Of a DNA stretch of 64,000 nucleotides, positions 27,655 to 37,758 are shown one piece after another. How positions within the stretch are numbered: position 1 is the first letter of the stretch; each line of letters begins with the position of its first letter. Source of the stretch: Patescibacteria group bacterium. Lineage in GTDB: Bacteria; Patescibacteriota; Patescibacteriia; Patescibacteriales; UBA12465. The stretch spans positions 94,284 through 158,283 of the forward strand of contig JBMNFV010000001.1 of the NCBI GenBank assembly GCA_050949505.1. Direction: 5' to 3'. The translations under genes and the position numbers were made by a program. A model generated the notes under the pieces. The model did no database searches and had not been told where the DNA came from. It saw only the letters and a program-made list of their open reading frames with translations.

Positions 27655-28002
27655 TTATTGATTTACTTTATTAATCAAAGCCTTTAATGCTTCTTTATTA
27701 TTAACCGCCATATCTGCTAAAATCTTACGGTCAACCTCAACCTTATTCACTCTTAATAGGTTAATAAAACGAGAATATGACAAGCCATGCTCTCTAACAA
27801 AAGCGTTAATTTTAATCTGCCACAAAGACCTCATGACTCGCTTCTTCTTTTTTCGGTCTATATAAGCATGAGCCCCTGCCTTAGTTCTGGCAGTTTTAGC
27901 TAGTCTAACCAATTTCTTACGTCCCCATTTATAACCCTTAACATCCTTTAAAAGCTTGCGCCTTTTCTTAATATTAGTGGTTCCACGTTTTACTCTAGGC
28001 AT
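27655..28002 (-). CDS. rplT: 50S ribosomal protein L20
   Basis: MPRVKRGTTNIKKRRKLLK...; conserved infC-rpmI-rplT order. Confidence 0.95.
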   Translation of the reverse strand: MPRVKRGTTNIKKRRKLLKDVKGYKWGRKKLVRLAKTARTKAGAHAYIDRKKKKRVMRSLWQIKINAFVREHGLSYSRFINLLRVNKVEVDRKILADMAVNNKEALKALINKVNQ

Positions 28003-28027
28003 ATATGATCTCTAGAAAAATTAATTA

Positions 28028-28225
28028 TTAATTATACGGAGTTAGATCACGGATGGTTTTGGTTAAGGTTTTAGTGGTAGCGATATCTAAACGCTTCCGA
28101 CGAGTAACCTTACCAGCATCTCGGGCATTAAAGTGATCTTGTCCTCCCTTTCTCTGTAATATTTTATTATTAGCAGTTTTTTTAAAGCGCTTGACTGTCG
28201 CTTTATGAGTTTTTATTTTTGACAT
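28028..28225 (-). CDS. rpmI: 50S ribosomal protein L35
   Basis: MSKIKTHKATVKRFKKT... is typical of L35; operon context supports it. Confidence 0.95.
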   Translation of the reverse strand: MSKIKTHKATVKRFKKTANNKILQRKGGQDHFNARDAGKVTRRKRLDIATTKTLTKTIRDLTPYN

Positions 28226-28271
28226 AAATCTAAGATTAAAAAAACAGGTAATTACCTGAATTAAGCAACAT

Positions 28272-28829
28272 TTACTTTTTATTCACTAACACTATAGTAA
28301 GTCTTCCTCCTTGAATTGTCAAGGGTTGCTCTATTTCTACATTTAATTCTTCGTCTTCTTGTAGTCTAGCGACAAAAGACTTAACTATCTCAGTGGCTCT
28401 ACTAGTATGTTGCCTTTCTCGCCCTCTTAGGATCATCTCTATTTTGGTTTTATTTTCCTTAGCTAAAAACTTCTTAGCTTGATTCATTCTCAACTCTAAA
28501 TCATGAGCACTAATCCTAAAGGTAAGCCGAATATTTTTTAACTCTACCTTCTTTTGGTGCATTCTCTGCTTATGTTTCAGTTTTTCGTGTTCATACTTAA
28601 GCTGCCCTAAGTTAGCTATTTTTACTACCGGCGGATTAGCTCTAGGGTTAACCTCAACTAAATCTAGGTCTGCCTCTTCAGCTTTTGCTAAAGCTTCATC
28701 AATCGACATTACCCCTAAGGCCTCTCCATTTTCATCAATAACAAAAACCTCTTCAGCCTCAATCTTATCATTGGCCTTAAAAACTGCTTCTTCTCTTTTC
28801 TTTTCTATCCGGTGAAATTTTATTCTCAT
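28272..28829 (-). CDS. infC: Translation initiation factor IF-3
   Basis: N-domain EEVFVIDENGEALGV, linker, C-domain KNIRLTFRISAHDLELR. It starts with a canonical ATG. Confidence 0.9.
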   Translation of the reverse strand: MRIKFHRIEKKREEAVFKANDKIEAEEVFVIDENGEALGVMSIDEALAKAEEADLDLVEVNPRANPPVVKIANLGQLKYEHEKLKHKQRMHQKKVELKNIRLTFRISAHDLELRMNQAKKFLAKENKTKIEMILRGRERQHTSRATEIVKSFVARLQEDEELNVEIEQPLTIQGGRLTIVLVNKK

Positions 28830-28862
28830 TTTCTTATTTTTAAAAATTAACTAATTACTTAC

Positions 28863-28891
28863 TTTATATCTTAAAACTAGTAAAAAGTCAA
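28863..28891 (-). promoter_or_regulatory. Sigma70-type promoter (TTGACT-N17-TATAAA) for infC-rpmI-rplT
   Basis: The minus strand reads ttgact-ttttactagttttaaga-tataaa, about 30 nt upstream of the infC ATG. Confidence 0.55.
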
Positions 28892-29006
28892 TTAATTTAT
28901 TTTTTAATTAAACTGCCGCTGACTTAAAAAATAACCAAGAACAGCTTAACCAGATCGCTCACTATTACAGTATTTTAAATTATCTCTATCTAAAAGTCTT
29001 TACCCC

Positions 29007-29035
29007 TTGACAATAGTTTTTTTTTAGCATATAAT
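29007..29035 (+). promoter_or_regulatory. 16S rRNA promoter, perfect TTGACA-N17-TATAAT
   Basis: ttgaca-atagtttttttttagca-tataat lies about 230 nt upstream of the mature 16S 5' end. Confidence 0.7.
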
Positions 29036-29264
29036 ATCCCTATCAAAAATAAAACAGAATAATCGCTTAGGAAATAAGATATTAATTTAATATCCTAGTT
29101 TTTTGACCGCTTATTCTCTTCTTTAAAAACTGAAGACAATACAATCATGGTGATGGTTAATTTTGATGCTAATCAGCATCAATTCATAACACAAAATTTT
29201 CAACCGTTTTTTAAAACGGTTTACAATCAATAGGAGCTTCGGCTTCTATCGAGTCAATCAAATT

Positions 29265-30743
<1,479 letters not shown>

Positions 30744-30872
30744 CTAGGGAGATATTCTTCTTTTCCACGTGGAAAGAAGAATGGTCGCCTCTGACAATGT
30801 GTCAGAGTGGTCATCTTCAGATGACAAAACGAATTGATGCTGATTAGACTTGAAATTCATTATCATGAACCT

Positions 30873-30905
30873 AAAAAAATCGCTTTATTTGTAGCGATTT
30901 TTTTA
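30873..30905. terminator. Terminator closing the 16S transcription unit (also faces trpS)
   Basis: aaaaaaatcgct-ttatttgt-agcgattttttt hairpin. Confidence 0.7.
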
Positions 30906-30940
30906 TATCCCAAATATTTAGATTGTGACTTCTGTTCTAA

Positions 30941-31927
30941 CTAGCGAACTCCAATTATCTTTCTAATCTTGATCATTTTTTCTTCCGCCATTTTATTAGC
31001 CCTCACTCGCCCCTCTTCTAAAATCCAACTAGCATCCTCATCAGTTAGGCGGTAGTATTTATCTTGAAAGTTTTGAAGAAACTTGGCTACCACTTCTGCT
31101 AAATCTTTCTTAAACTCTCCATAGCTTTTGTCTTTATAATCTTTCACCAATCTTTTTATCTCCCGATTGCCTAAAGCGGCGTAAATAGTTAAGAGATTAG
31201 AAATCGCTGGCTTTTCCTCCAGGTCATAATCAATCACCGTTCCTGAGTCAGTGACCGCTTTCATAATTTTCTTTTTAGCTACCTCAATGTCATCTAGCAA
31301 GAAGATGCAGCTATTTTTATTAACATCACTTTTGCTCATTTTCTTGCTTGGATCTTGCAAGGACATCACTCGAGCCCCTTCTTTTTTGACAATTGCCTCG
31401 GGAACAATAAAGCTGTCACCAAACTCACTATTAAATCGTCTGGCTATTTCTCTAGCCAATTCTACATGTTGCCGCTGATCTTCGCCGACTGGCACTAAGT
31501 GAGTATCATAAAGAAGAATGTCAGCGGCCATCAAAACGGGGTAGTCAAACAGTCCCACTGAAACCGACTCTTGCCCACTACCAGCCTTATCTTTAAACTG
31601 AGTCATCTTAGCTAAATCGGCCATTCGGGCGCCATAACAATTGAGCACCCAAGCTAACTCTGTGTGAGCGGGGACAGCTGATTGAAGAAAGATAATAACC
31701 TTCTCTGGGTCTAAGCCAATTGCTAAATAAGTCTTGGTTGTCTCTAAAATATGTTGACGTAGTTCTGCTGGATTTTGCTTAACAGTAATAGTATGATAAT
31801 CAACTACTGAAAAAATACTATCATATTTATCTTGCATGGCTGGCCATTGTGACAAGGCGCCAATATAATTACCTATCGTTAAATTGCCACTAGGCTGAAT
31901 GCCTGAAAAAATTCTTTTTTTGCTCAT
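30941..31927 (-). CDS. trpS: Tryptophan--tRNA ligase
   Basis: IFSGIQPSGNLTIGNYIGA (HIGH region), KMSKSD, 328 aa. Confidence 0.9.
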   Translation of the reverse strand: MSKKRIFSGIQPSGNLTIGNYIGALSQWPAMQDKYDSIFSVVDYHTITVKQNPAELRQHILETTKTYLAIGLDPEKVIIFLQSAVPAHTELAWVLNCYGARMADLAKMTQFKDKAGSGQESVSVGLFDYPVLMAADILLYDTHLVPVGEDQRQHVELAREIARRFNSEFGDSFIVPEAIVKKEGARVMSLQDPSKKMSKSDVNKNSCIFLLDDIEVAKKKIMKAVTDSGTVIDYDLEEKPAISNLLTIYAALGNREIKRLVKDYKDKSYGEFKKDLAEVVAKFLQNFQDKYYRLTDEDASWILEEGRVRANKMAEEKMIKIRKIIGVR

Positions 31928-32035
31928 AACTTTTTTATTATTTATAATTCTATTGTAAGTTAAGGGAAGACTTTTAGCAACTACCCTTCAGGGTTTTGTT
32001 ATTTAGCAAAAAATGATAGAATGATACTAATAAAA

Positions 32036-32106
32036 CGGGCTGTAGTATAGTGGTAGTACGCATGCATGGGGTGCATGTAGTCCCGGTTCGATTCCGGGCA
32101 GCCCGA
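32036..32106 (+). tRNA. tRNA-Pro (anticodon GGG)
   Basis: Acceptor cgggctg/cagcccg, anticodon arm catgc-atggggt-gcatg, T-loop ggttcgattcc. Confidence 0.85.
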
Positions 32107-32149
32107 CTAAATTAAGTAATCGCTAAATTAGCTTTAATATTATTAGCCT

Positions 32150-32533
32150 ATGAATAAAAAAACAAAATCAAGAGTAATTTGGCTCACTGTTGCCATTGTT
32201 TTAGTGGTTGGAGTGTTTTTTATTGTCCAAAATAAAAATAGGCCCAGCGAACTAGACCAGTTTGCTCAATGCTTGCGAAACAATGACGTAATTTTCTACG
32301 GAACCTTTTGGTGCCCTCACTGTCAAAATCAAAAAAAGATGTTTGGTCGCTCTGCTAGATTTCTTCCTTATGTTGAGTGCTCAACTGTTGATGGTCGTGG
32401 ACAGTTACCTGATTGTAAAAAGGCTGACATTAGTGGTTATCCTACCTGGGAGTTTGCTGATGGCGAACGAGTTTCTGGAGAGATTTCTTTAGTTAGGTTA
32501 TCTGAACTAAGTGCCTGCGAACTACCTTCTTAA
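32150..32533 (+). CDS. Membrane-anchored thioredoxin-fold protein (WCPHC active site)
   Basis: N-terminal TM helix. FYGTFWCPHCQNQKKMFG has a CxxC motif. The gene overlaps the downstream dsbB-like gene by 23 nt. Confidence 0.75.
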   Translation: MNKKTKSRVIWLTVAIVLVVGVFFIVQNKNRPSELDQFAQCLRNNDVIFYGTFWCPHCQNQKKMFGRSARFLPYVECSTVDGRGQLPDCKKADISGYPTWEFADGERVSGEISLVRLSELSACELPS

Positions 32534-33077
32534 AATGACCCTACTAACTACTACAAATTTAATCTTCTCTATTTTAACTGTAATTGGCCAAATATTAGCT
32601 ATTTTATTAATAGCTTTTTTGCTTGCTCCCCATACTTTTAATCAAAGAGTTAACCGGATTGTAAATAGGAAAATTATTAGCCTAACTTTTACTGTTGCCC
32701 TAATCGCTACTTTGGGAAGCTTATTTTATTCTGAAGTAATTGGTTTTGAGCCCTGTAAGCTTTGTTGGTATCAAAGAATATTAATGTATCCTCAAGTAGT
32801 TATTTTAGGATTATCTTTGAAAAAAGAAAGCCTTTTTCCTACTAAGCAAATTTTCCTATTATCAATTATTGGTGCTTGCTTATCAATTTATCACTATTTG
32901 TCCCAACTAGGCTTAACCGCATCGCTCTCTTGCTCTACTCTTGGCTACTCATCAACTTGCTCCCAAAGATTCGTCTTAGAATTTGGCTATATCACCATTC
33001 CTTTAATGGCGCTAACCGCCTTCTTGCTAATTACCCTTTCTTCACTTATTATTAAAAGAGTTGCAACTAGCAACTAA
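32511..33077 (+). CDS. Disulfide bond formation protein DsbB/BdbC family
   Basis: Four TM helices. CKLCWYQRILMYP matches the BdbC/DsbB CxxCWxQR motif, and a second Cys pair lies in the later loop. Confidence 0.8.
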   Translation: MPANYLLKMTLLTTTNLIFSILTVIGQILAILLIAFLLAPHTFNQRVNRIVNRKIISLTFTVALIATLGSLFYSEVIGFEPCKLCWYQRILMYPQVVILGLSLKKESLFPTKQIFLLSIIGACLSIYHYLSQLGLTASLSCSTLGYSSTCSQRFVLEFGYITIPLMALTAFLLITLSSLIIKRVATSN

Positions 33078-33086
33078 TTACTACTG

Positions 33087-33159
33087 GGGCTTGTAGCTCA
33101 GCTGGTAGAGCGCTGCATTCGCATTGCAGAGGTAAGGGGTTCGAGTCCCCTCAAGTCCA
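33087..33159 (+). tRNA. tRNA-Ala (anticodon CGC)
   Basis: Acceptor gggcttg/caagtcc with G3:U70, anticodon arm ctgca-ttcgcat-tgcag, T-loop ggttcgagtcc. Confidence 0.85.
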
Positions 33160-33301
33160 CTATTAGGCAGCCAAATTTGGTTGCTTTTTAAGACAAGAGC
33201 CTAAAAAGGTGTCTTTTGACAAAAAGGCTTCTCCCCCTTATAATTGTATCAGAAAACTCTTTCTTATTAAGTTTAATTTTAATTATCCGCTAGTGCTTTT
33301 T

Positions 33302-34738
33302 ATGATTGATTTTAAGCAGAAGATTCAAGAACTAGAACCTGAAACAAGATCCTCATTTGATAAAGATCCTAATCGTTCTAAGAAAAGAAAAATTAGAAAC
33401 TACATTATTGCGATCATTGTCTTGGCGCTGGTTTTTTCTTGGCGCATACTGATCTCTAGTCACAATGCTAGCAATTGGTTTTCTGACTCTAAATTCTTTA
33501 ATCGATTCTTTAACTTCATTCCTATTGCAGAAAAAAAATTAACTGGAGAAGCTGAAGATCGAGTAAACATCCTGCTTTTGGGAGTGGGGGGAAAAAGTCA
33601 TGAGGCCGGAGACCTGACTGATACTATTATGCTAGCTAGCCTAAAGCCTTCAACTGGGCAAATTTCTTTAATCTCTTTTCCTCGAGACTTAGTCTCTCCC
33701 TTTAACGGTTGGCAAAAGATAAATAGCATCAATGCTTATGCCGAAAAAAAAGACAAGGGGTCTGGTGGTGAAGAAGCGGCAAAAATTATTAGCCAAATGT
33801 TAAAGCTTCCCATTCCTTATTACTTACGAGTTGATTTTTCTGGCTTTGAGACTATTATTGATGAATTAGGTGGCGTGGAAATAGACGTAGAAAGGTCTTT
33901 CACCGACTACACTTACCCGATTAGTGGTCGGGAAAATGACCCTGATTACTATTCTCGTTTTGAAGTTTTAAGTTTTACAGCGGGGCCAACTAAAATGGAT
34001 GGCAGTCTCGCCCTGAAGTATGCCCGAAGTCGCCACGCCTTAGGTCCTGAGGGCTCAGACTTTGCTCGAGCTAAAAGACAACAACTACTCCTAAGCGCCA
34101 TCAAAGATAAGTTGCTCTCTCACCAAATTTTATTAAGTCCTGCTACTATTAATCGTTTAATTAACGAACTTAATAAAAACATCAACACCAACTTAAGCCC
34201 TTGGGAACTGCTTCGTTTTTGGAATTTAGCAAAAGATACTAATCGGGAAAATATCATTAATTTAGTCTTTAACGATGCTCCTAATAATTACTTAGTCGCT
34301 GACCGGGGAGAAAATGGCGCCTATATTCTCCTGCCTAGAACTGGGAACTTTTCTGAAATTAGCAATGTCGTTAAAAATATTTTTATTGACAATGAGGTAG
34401 TTTCCCCCACTCCTGAAAAAGAGCTTGTTACTCAAGAAAAAGCTTCTCTATTCGTTGCTAACGGCACCTGGATTACTGGCTTAGCTGGCAAAACAGCTGA
34501 ACTGGCTAAGGATTATAATTTCAAAATAGTTGGCACTGATAATGCTATTGATCGAAATTATGAACAAAGTGTTATCTATGACCTCACTAATGGAAAAAAG
34601 AATGAGTCTTTGCAGGCCCTAAAAAAATTAACTCAAGCTACTCAGGCCTTTAATTCTCCTGACTGGCTAGATGTTTATCGCACTGGTGAACATCAAACTG
34701 ATTTCCTTTTAATTGTCGGAACCGAAGCTAATAAATAA
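33302..34738 (+). CDS. LytR-CpsA-Psr (LCP) family cell-envelope polymer transferase with C-terminal LytR_C-like domain
   Basis: NILLLGVGGKSHEAGDLTDTIMLASL, FPRDL and ALKYARSRH motifs. Start ATG 33302 is preferred over GTG 33209. Confidence 0.85.
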   Translation: MIDFKQKIQELEPETRSSFDKDPNRSKKRKIRNYIIAIIVLALVFSWRILISSHNASNWFSDSKFFNRFFNFIPIAEKKLTGEAEDRVNILLLGVGGKSHEAGDLTDTIMLASLKPSTGQISLISFPRDLVSPFNGWQKINSINAYAEKKDKGSGGEEAAKIISQMLKLPIPYYLRVDFSGFETIIDELGGVEIDVERSFTDYTYPISGRENDPDYYSRFEVLSFTAGPTKMDGSLALKYARSRHALGPEGSDFARAKRQQLLLSAIKDKLLSHQILLSPATINRLINELNKNINTNLSPWELLRFWNLAKDTNRENIINLVFNDAPNNYLVADRGENGAYILLPRTGNFSEISNVVKNIFIDNEVVSPTPEKELVTQEKASLFVANGTWITGLAGKTAELAKDYNFKIVGTDNAIDRNYEQSVIYDLTNGKKNESLQALKKLTQATQAFNSPDWLDVYRTGEHQTDFLLIVGTEANK

Positions 34739-34740
34739 TT

Positions 34741-36141
34741 ATGCCTAGTTTACAAAAACACAATCTTCCTTTAGTTGTTCTTTGTGGACGTACTAATGTT
34801 GGTAAGTCCACCCTATTTAATCGCTTAACTGAAAAGAATCAAGCGCTGGTTTCTAATATCCCCGGAACTACTAGGGATAGTAATTTGGGGATAGTGGAAT
34901 GGGCTAATAGTGCCTTTGAATTAGTTGATACTGCTGGAATTATTAATTGGAAATTTTTAGAAGACAAAAAGATGGTTGCCGTTGAAGTTGATGACCAGTC
35001 TCAAAAACAAGCGGTTAAACACCTCAACCGTGCTGACTTAATTTTATTTATTGTAGATAATAAAGCCGGCCTTCTGCCTGAAGATAAGGAGATCGCTAGG
35101 GCGCTTCGCAAGAATCCTAACTATTCTCAGAAAACTTTAGTAGTTGCTAATAAGGTGGATAGCTTCCAAACCGCTGAAGAGGCCGCCATTTTTAATAAGC
35201 TAGGCTTGGGAGAGCCTTTAACCACCTCGGCAGTAAGCAGCATGGGCACTGGTGACCTGCTTGATATTATTGTTAACCGTTTAGATAAACAACGGCAATA
35301 CCAAAAGCCTGTTCCTGATAAGGCCCTAGTCACTATTAAGGCCTGTTTAGTGGGGAAGCCTAATGTAGGGAAGTCTTCTTTATTAAATTCCCTGCTTGGT
35401 TATGAGCGAGTAATTGTTAGCCCTGTGGCGCACACCACCAGAGAGTCTCAAGACATTACCCTTCGCTATCAAGACCGTTTAATCACCTTAATTGATACTG
35501 CGGGTATCTCTCGTCAGGGCAAGAAGTCTAAGGGATTGGAAAAACCAGGCATCTTACAATCTTTAAGTTCTTTAGCTCGGGCTGATATCGCGATCTTAGT
35601 TTTAGATATTAGCGAACCCATCACTCACCAAGATGCAAAAATTATTCAAGAAGTAGTTGATCGTCAAAAAAGCCTAATTATCATTGCTAACAAATGGGAC
35701 CAGGTAGAAGAGCGAGATACTAAAAAATGGACTACCGCTATTTATGATAAATTCCCCTTTGTCTCTTGGGCTCCGCTGCAATTTCTATCTGCTAAAACTG
35801 GAGAAAAGGTTAACCGATTACTAAACATCTTGCTTAAAGTAGCTGATGAAAGGGCTTTAAGTCTTAGTGATTCACAATGTACTAAATTTTTAAATCAAGT
35901 TGTTAAAATTCATAAACCCGCCAAGGGGAAAGGCTTAAAGGCTCCTCGTATTTATGAATTTAGACAAATAAAAAGTAATCCTCCTAGCTTTATCGTGAGA
36001 ATAGGTCCCAATGATGACTTACACTTCTCTTATGTGCGCTTTATGGAAAATCGTCTTCGGGAAAAATATGGCTTTACCGGCACACCAATTAAGACTACCA
36101 TTACTAAAGAGCGCCGCTCTCACACTACTTATAATTATTAA
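34741..36141 (+). CDS. der: Ribosome-associated GTPase Der (EngA)
   Basis: Two G domains (GRTNVGKSTLFNRL, GKPNVGKSSLLNSL; DTAG twice; NKVD/NKWD) plus a KH-like C-terminus. Confidence 0.9.
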   Translation: MPSLQKHNLPLVVLCGRTNVGKSTLFNRLTEKNQALVSNIPGTTRDSNLGIVEWANSAFELVDTAGIINWKFLEDKKMVAVEVDDQSQKQAVKHLNRADLILFIVDNKAGLLPEDKEIARALRKNPNYSQKTLVVANKVDSFQTAEEAAIFNKLGLGEPLTTSAVSSMGTGDLLDIIVNRLDKQRQYQKPVPDKALVTIKACLVGKPNVGKSSLLNSLLGYERVIVSPVAHTTRESQDITLRYQDRLITLIDTAGISRQGKKSKGLEKPGILQSLSSLARADIAILVLDISEPITHQDAKIIQEVVDRQKSLIIIANKWDQVEERDTKKWTTAIYDKFPFVSWAPLQFLSAKTGEKVNRLLNILLKVADERALSLSDSQCTKFLNQVVKIHKPAKGKGLKAPRIYEFRQIKSNPPSFIVRIGPNDDLHFSYVRFMENRLREKYGFTGTPIKTTITKERRSHTTYNY

Positions 36142-36144
36142 GTT

Positions 36145-36696
36145 ATGAAAATAATTATTGGCTTAGGCAATCCTGGAAAAGATTATGAAAAGACTAGACA
36201 TAACGTCGCCTGGTTATTTTTTGACCATCTCTTGCCTGGTGTTAACTGGACTTTTAATAAAAAATGGAACGCCCTAACCTACCAAGAAGGTGGAATTCTT
36301 TTTGTTAAGCCACAAAATTTTATGAACAACTCTGGATTAGTGGCCAGAAAAGCTCTAGACTTCTATAGTCTGCTTCCTAAAAATCTAGGTTGGTTAACAA
36401 AAAAGAATACTAACCTTGAAGACGATCTTTTGGTAATTCAAGATGAGCTAGACTTAGATTTTGGCAAATATAAACTCTCTCATGACTCTAACAGCGCTGG
36501 ACATCGCGGTGTTCAGTCAATTATTAATCACCTAAAAACCAAAAACTTCACTAGACTAAGAATCGGGATAAAGAGTGAGCTCCTTAGAAATCCTATTCCA
36601 CCTGATCGCTTTGTGATGCAGCGATTTAGCTTTGAAGAGTTAAATCAGCTTCCGAAAATATTCAGTGAAATTAAGGAGCAAGAAAAACTAATTTAA
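36145..36696 (+). CDS. pth: Peptidyl-tRNA hydrolase
   Basis: KIIIGLGNPGKDYEKTRHNV, FMNNSG and GHRGVQSI motifs. Confidence 0.9.
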   Translation: MKIIIGLGNPGKDYEKTRHNVAWLFFDHLLPGVNWTFNKKWNALTYQEGGILFVKPQNFMNNSGLVARKALDFYSLLPKNLGWLTKKNTNLEDDLLVIQDELDLDFGKYKLSHDSNSAGHRGVQSIINHLKTKNFTRLRIGIKSELLRNPIPPDRFVMQRFSFEELNQLPKIFSEIKEQEKLI

Positions 36697-36700
36697 TCAT

Positions 36701-36731
36701 AAAAACCTCTTAAAAACTTTAGAGGTTTTTT
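36701..36731 (+). terminator. Rho-independent terminator after pth
   Basis: aaaaacctct-taaaaacttt-agaggtttttt hairpin. Confidence 0.65.
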
Positions 36732-36741
36732 ATTTTATTTT

Positions 36742-37719
36742 ATGAAAAATTATACCGCCAAGCACCTTCAACCAGAGTCTTTAGCCCTGCTCACCCTAGC
36801 TTGTTTTGATAAATGGAATTTAGAGCAATTAATTACCTTAAAGAAATGTTTTGGTAGCTACCAAAGTTTAATTCAAGCCTCACTAGGGTCACTAATAACT
36901 TCTGGGCTTAAGCAATCTACTGCTAGCGAATTTATTAGTTGGCGAAAAAACTTTAAACTCTCCCCCCTAATCAATCTTTTAGCCTCTGAACAAATTGGCT
37001 TTATTTCCTATTTAGACCCAGACTATCCGCAATTACTACTAGAAATTAGCGCCCCTCCTCTTGGCCTGTTTTTTAGAGGAAATATCGCCTTGCTAACTAA
37101 GCAAAACCAAGCTCGCCTCGCGATAGTCGGAGCTAGAGAGGCTACTAATTATGCCCAGCAAACTCTAGACTATTTAATGCCTACGCTAGTTGCTGCTAAC
37201 TTAGAAATAGTTAGCGGCCTGGCCTTAGGAGTTGACGCTCTAGCTCATCAGGCGACTTTAGATAACCAAGGAACAACAATCGCGGTTTTAGGAACTGGCC
37301 TAGATAGGGCTAACTGGTATCCTCGCCGAAATATTTCTTTAGCAAAAAACATTATTGCTAATCAAGGACTGCTGTTGTCTGAATTTCCTCCTCAGACTCC
37401 AGCGCTACCAACTAATTTTCCTAGACGCAACCGAATTATCTCTGGACTCTGCCAAGCCACTCTAATTGTTCAGGCCAAACTAAGGTCCGGCTCTTTAATT
37501 ACCGCCCGACTAGCTCTAGAACAAAATCGTGAGGTACTGGCTATTCCTGGTGATATTTTTTCACCCCTCTCTCAAGGGGCTAATAACTTAATTGCCGCCG
37601 GAGCCAAGCCAATTCTTCAAGCTACTGATATTCTAGAATCTTTTTCTAACTTACCCCAACTTGGCATCCCAGTGACAAGCAGTACACTTAAAGGTGTTAA
37701 AATTGAAAAGAATTGCTAA
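36742..37719 (+). CDS. dprA: DNA-processing protein DprA (Smf)
   Basis: IVGAREATNYAQQ, SGLALGVDALAHQ and FPRRNRIISGL are typical of the DprA Rossmann-like domain. It lies directly upstream of topA, as in many bacteria. Confidence 0.85.
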   Translation: MKNYTAKHLQPESLALLTLACFDKWNLEQLITLKKCFGSYQSLIQASLGSLITSGLKQSTASEFISWRKNFKLSPLINLLASEQIGFISYLDPDYPQLLLEISAPPLGLFFRGNIALLTKQNQARLAIVGAREATNYAQQTLDYLMPTLVAANLEIVSGLALGVDALAHQATLDNQGTTIAVLGTGLDRANWYPRRNISLAKNIIANQGLLLSEFPPQTPALPTNFPRRNRIISGLCQATLIVQAKLRSGSLITARLALEQNREVLAIPGDIFSPLSQGANNLIAAGAKPILQATDILESFSNLPQLGIPVTSSTLKGVKIEKNC

Positions 37720-37758
37720 AAAAATTGAAATCAGTTATTATTTTAATTAAAATACTCT

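Noticed and set aside
28827-28829. Non-canonical (AUU/AUA) start codon of infC used for IF3 autoregulation
   Set aside because: The ORF begins with a normal ATG and the N-terminal length fits IF3. No evidence of an upstream atypical start was found, so no claim is made.
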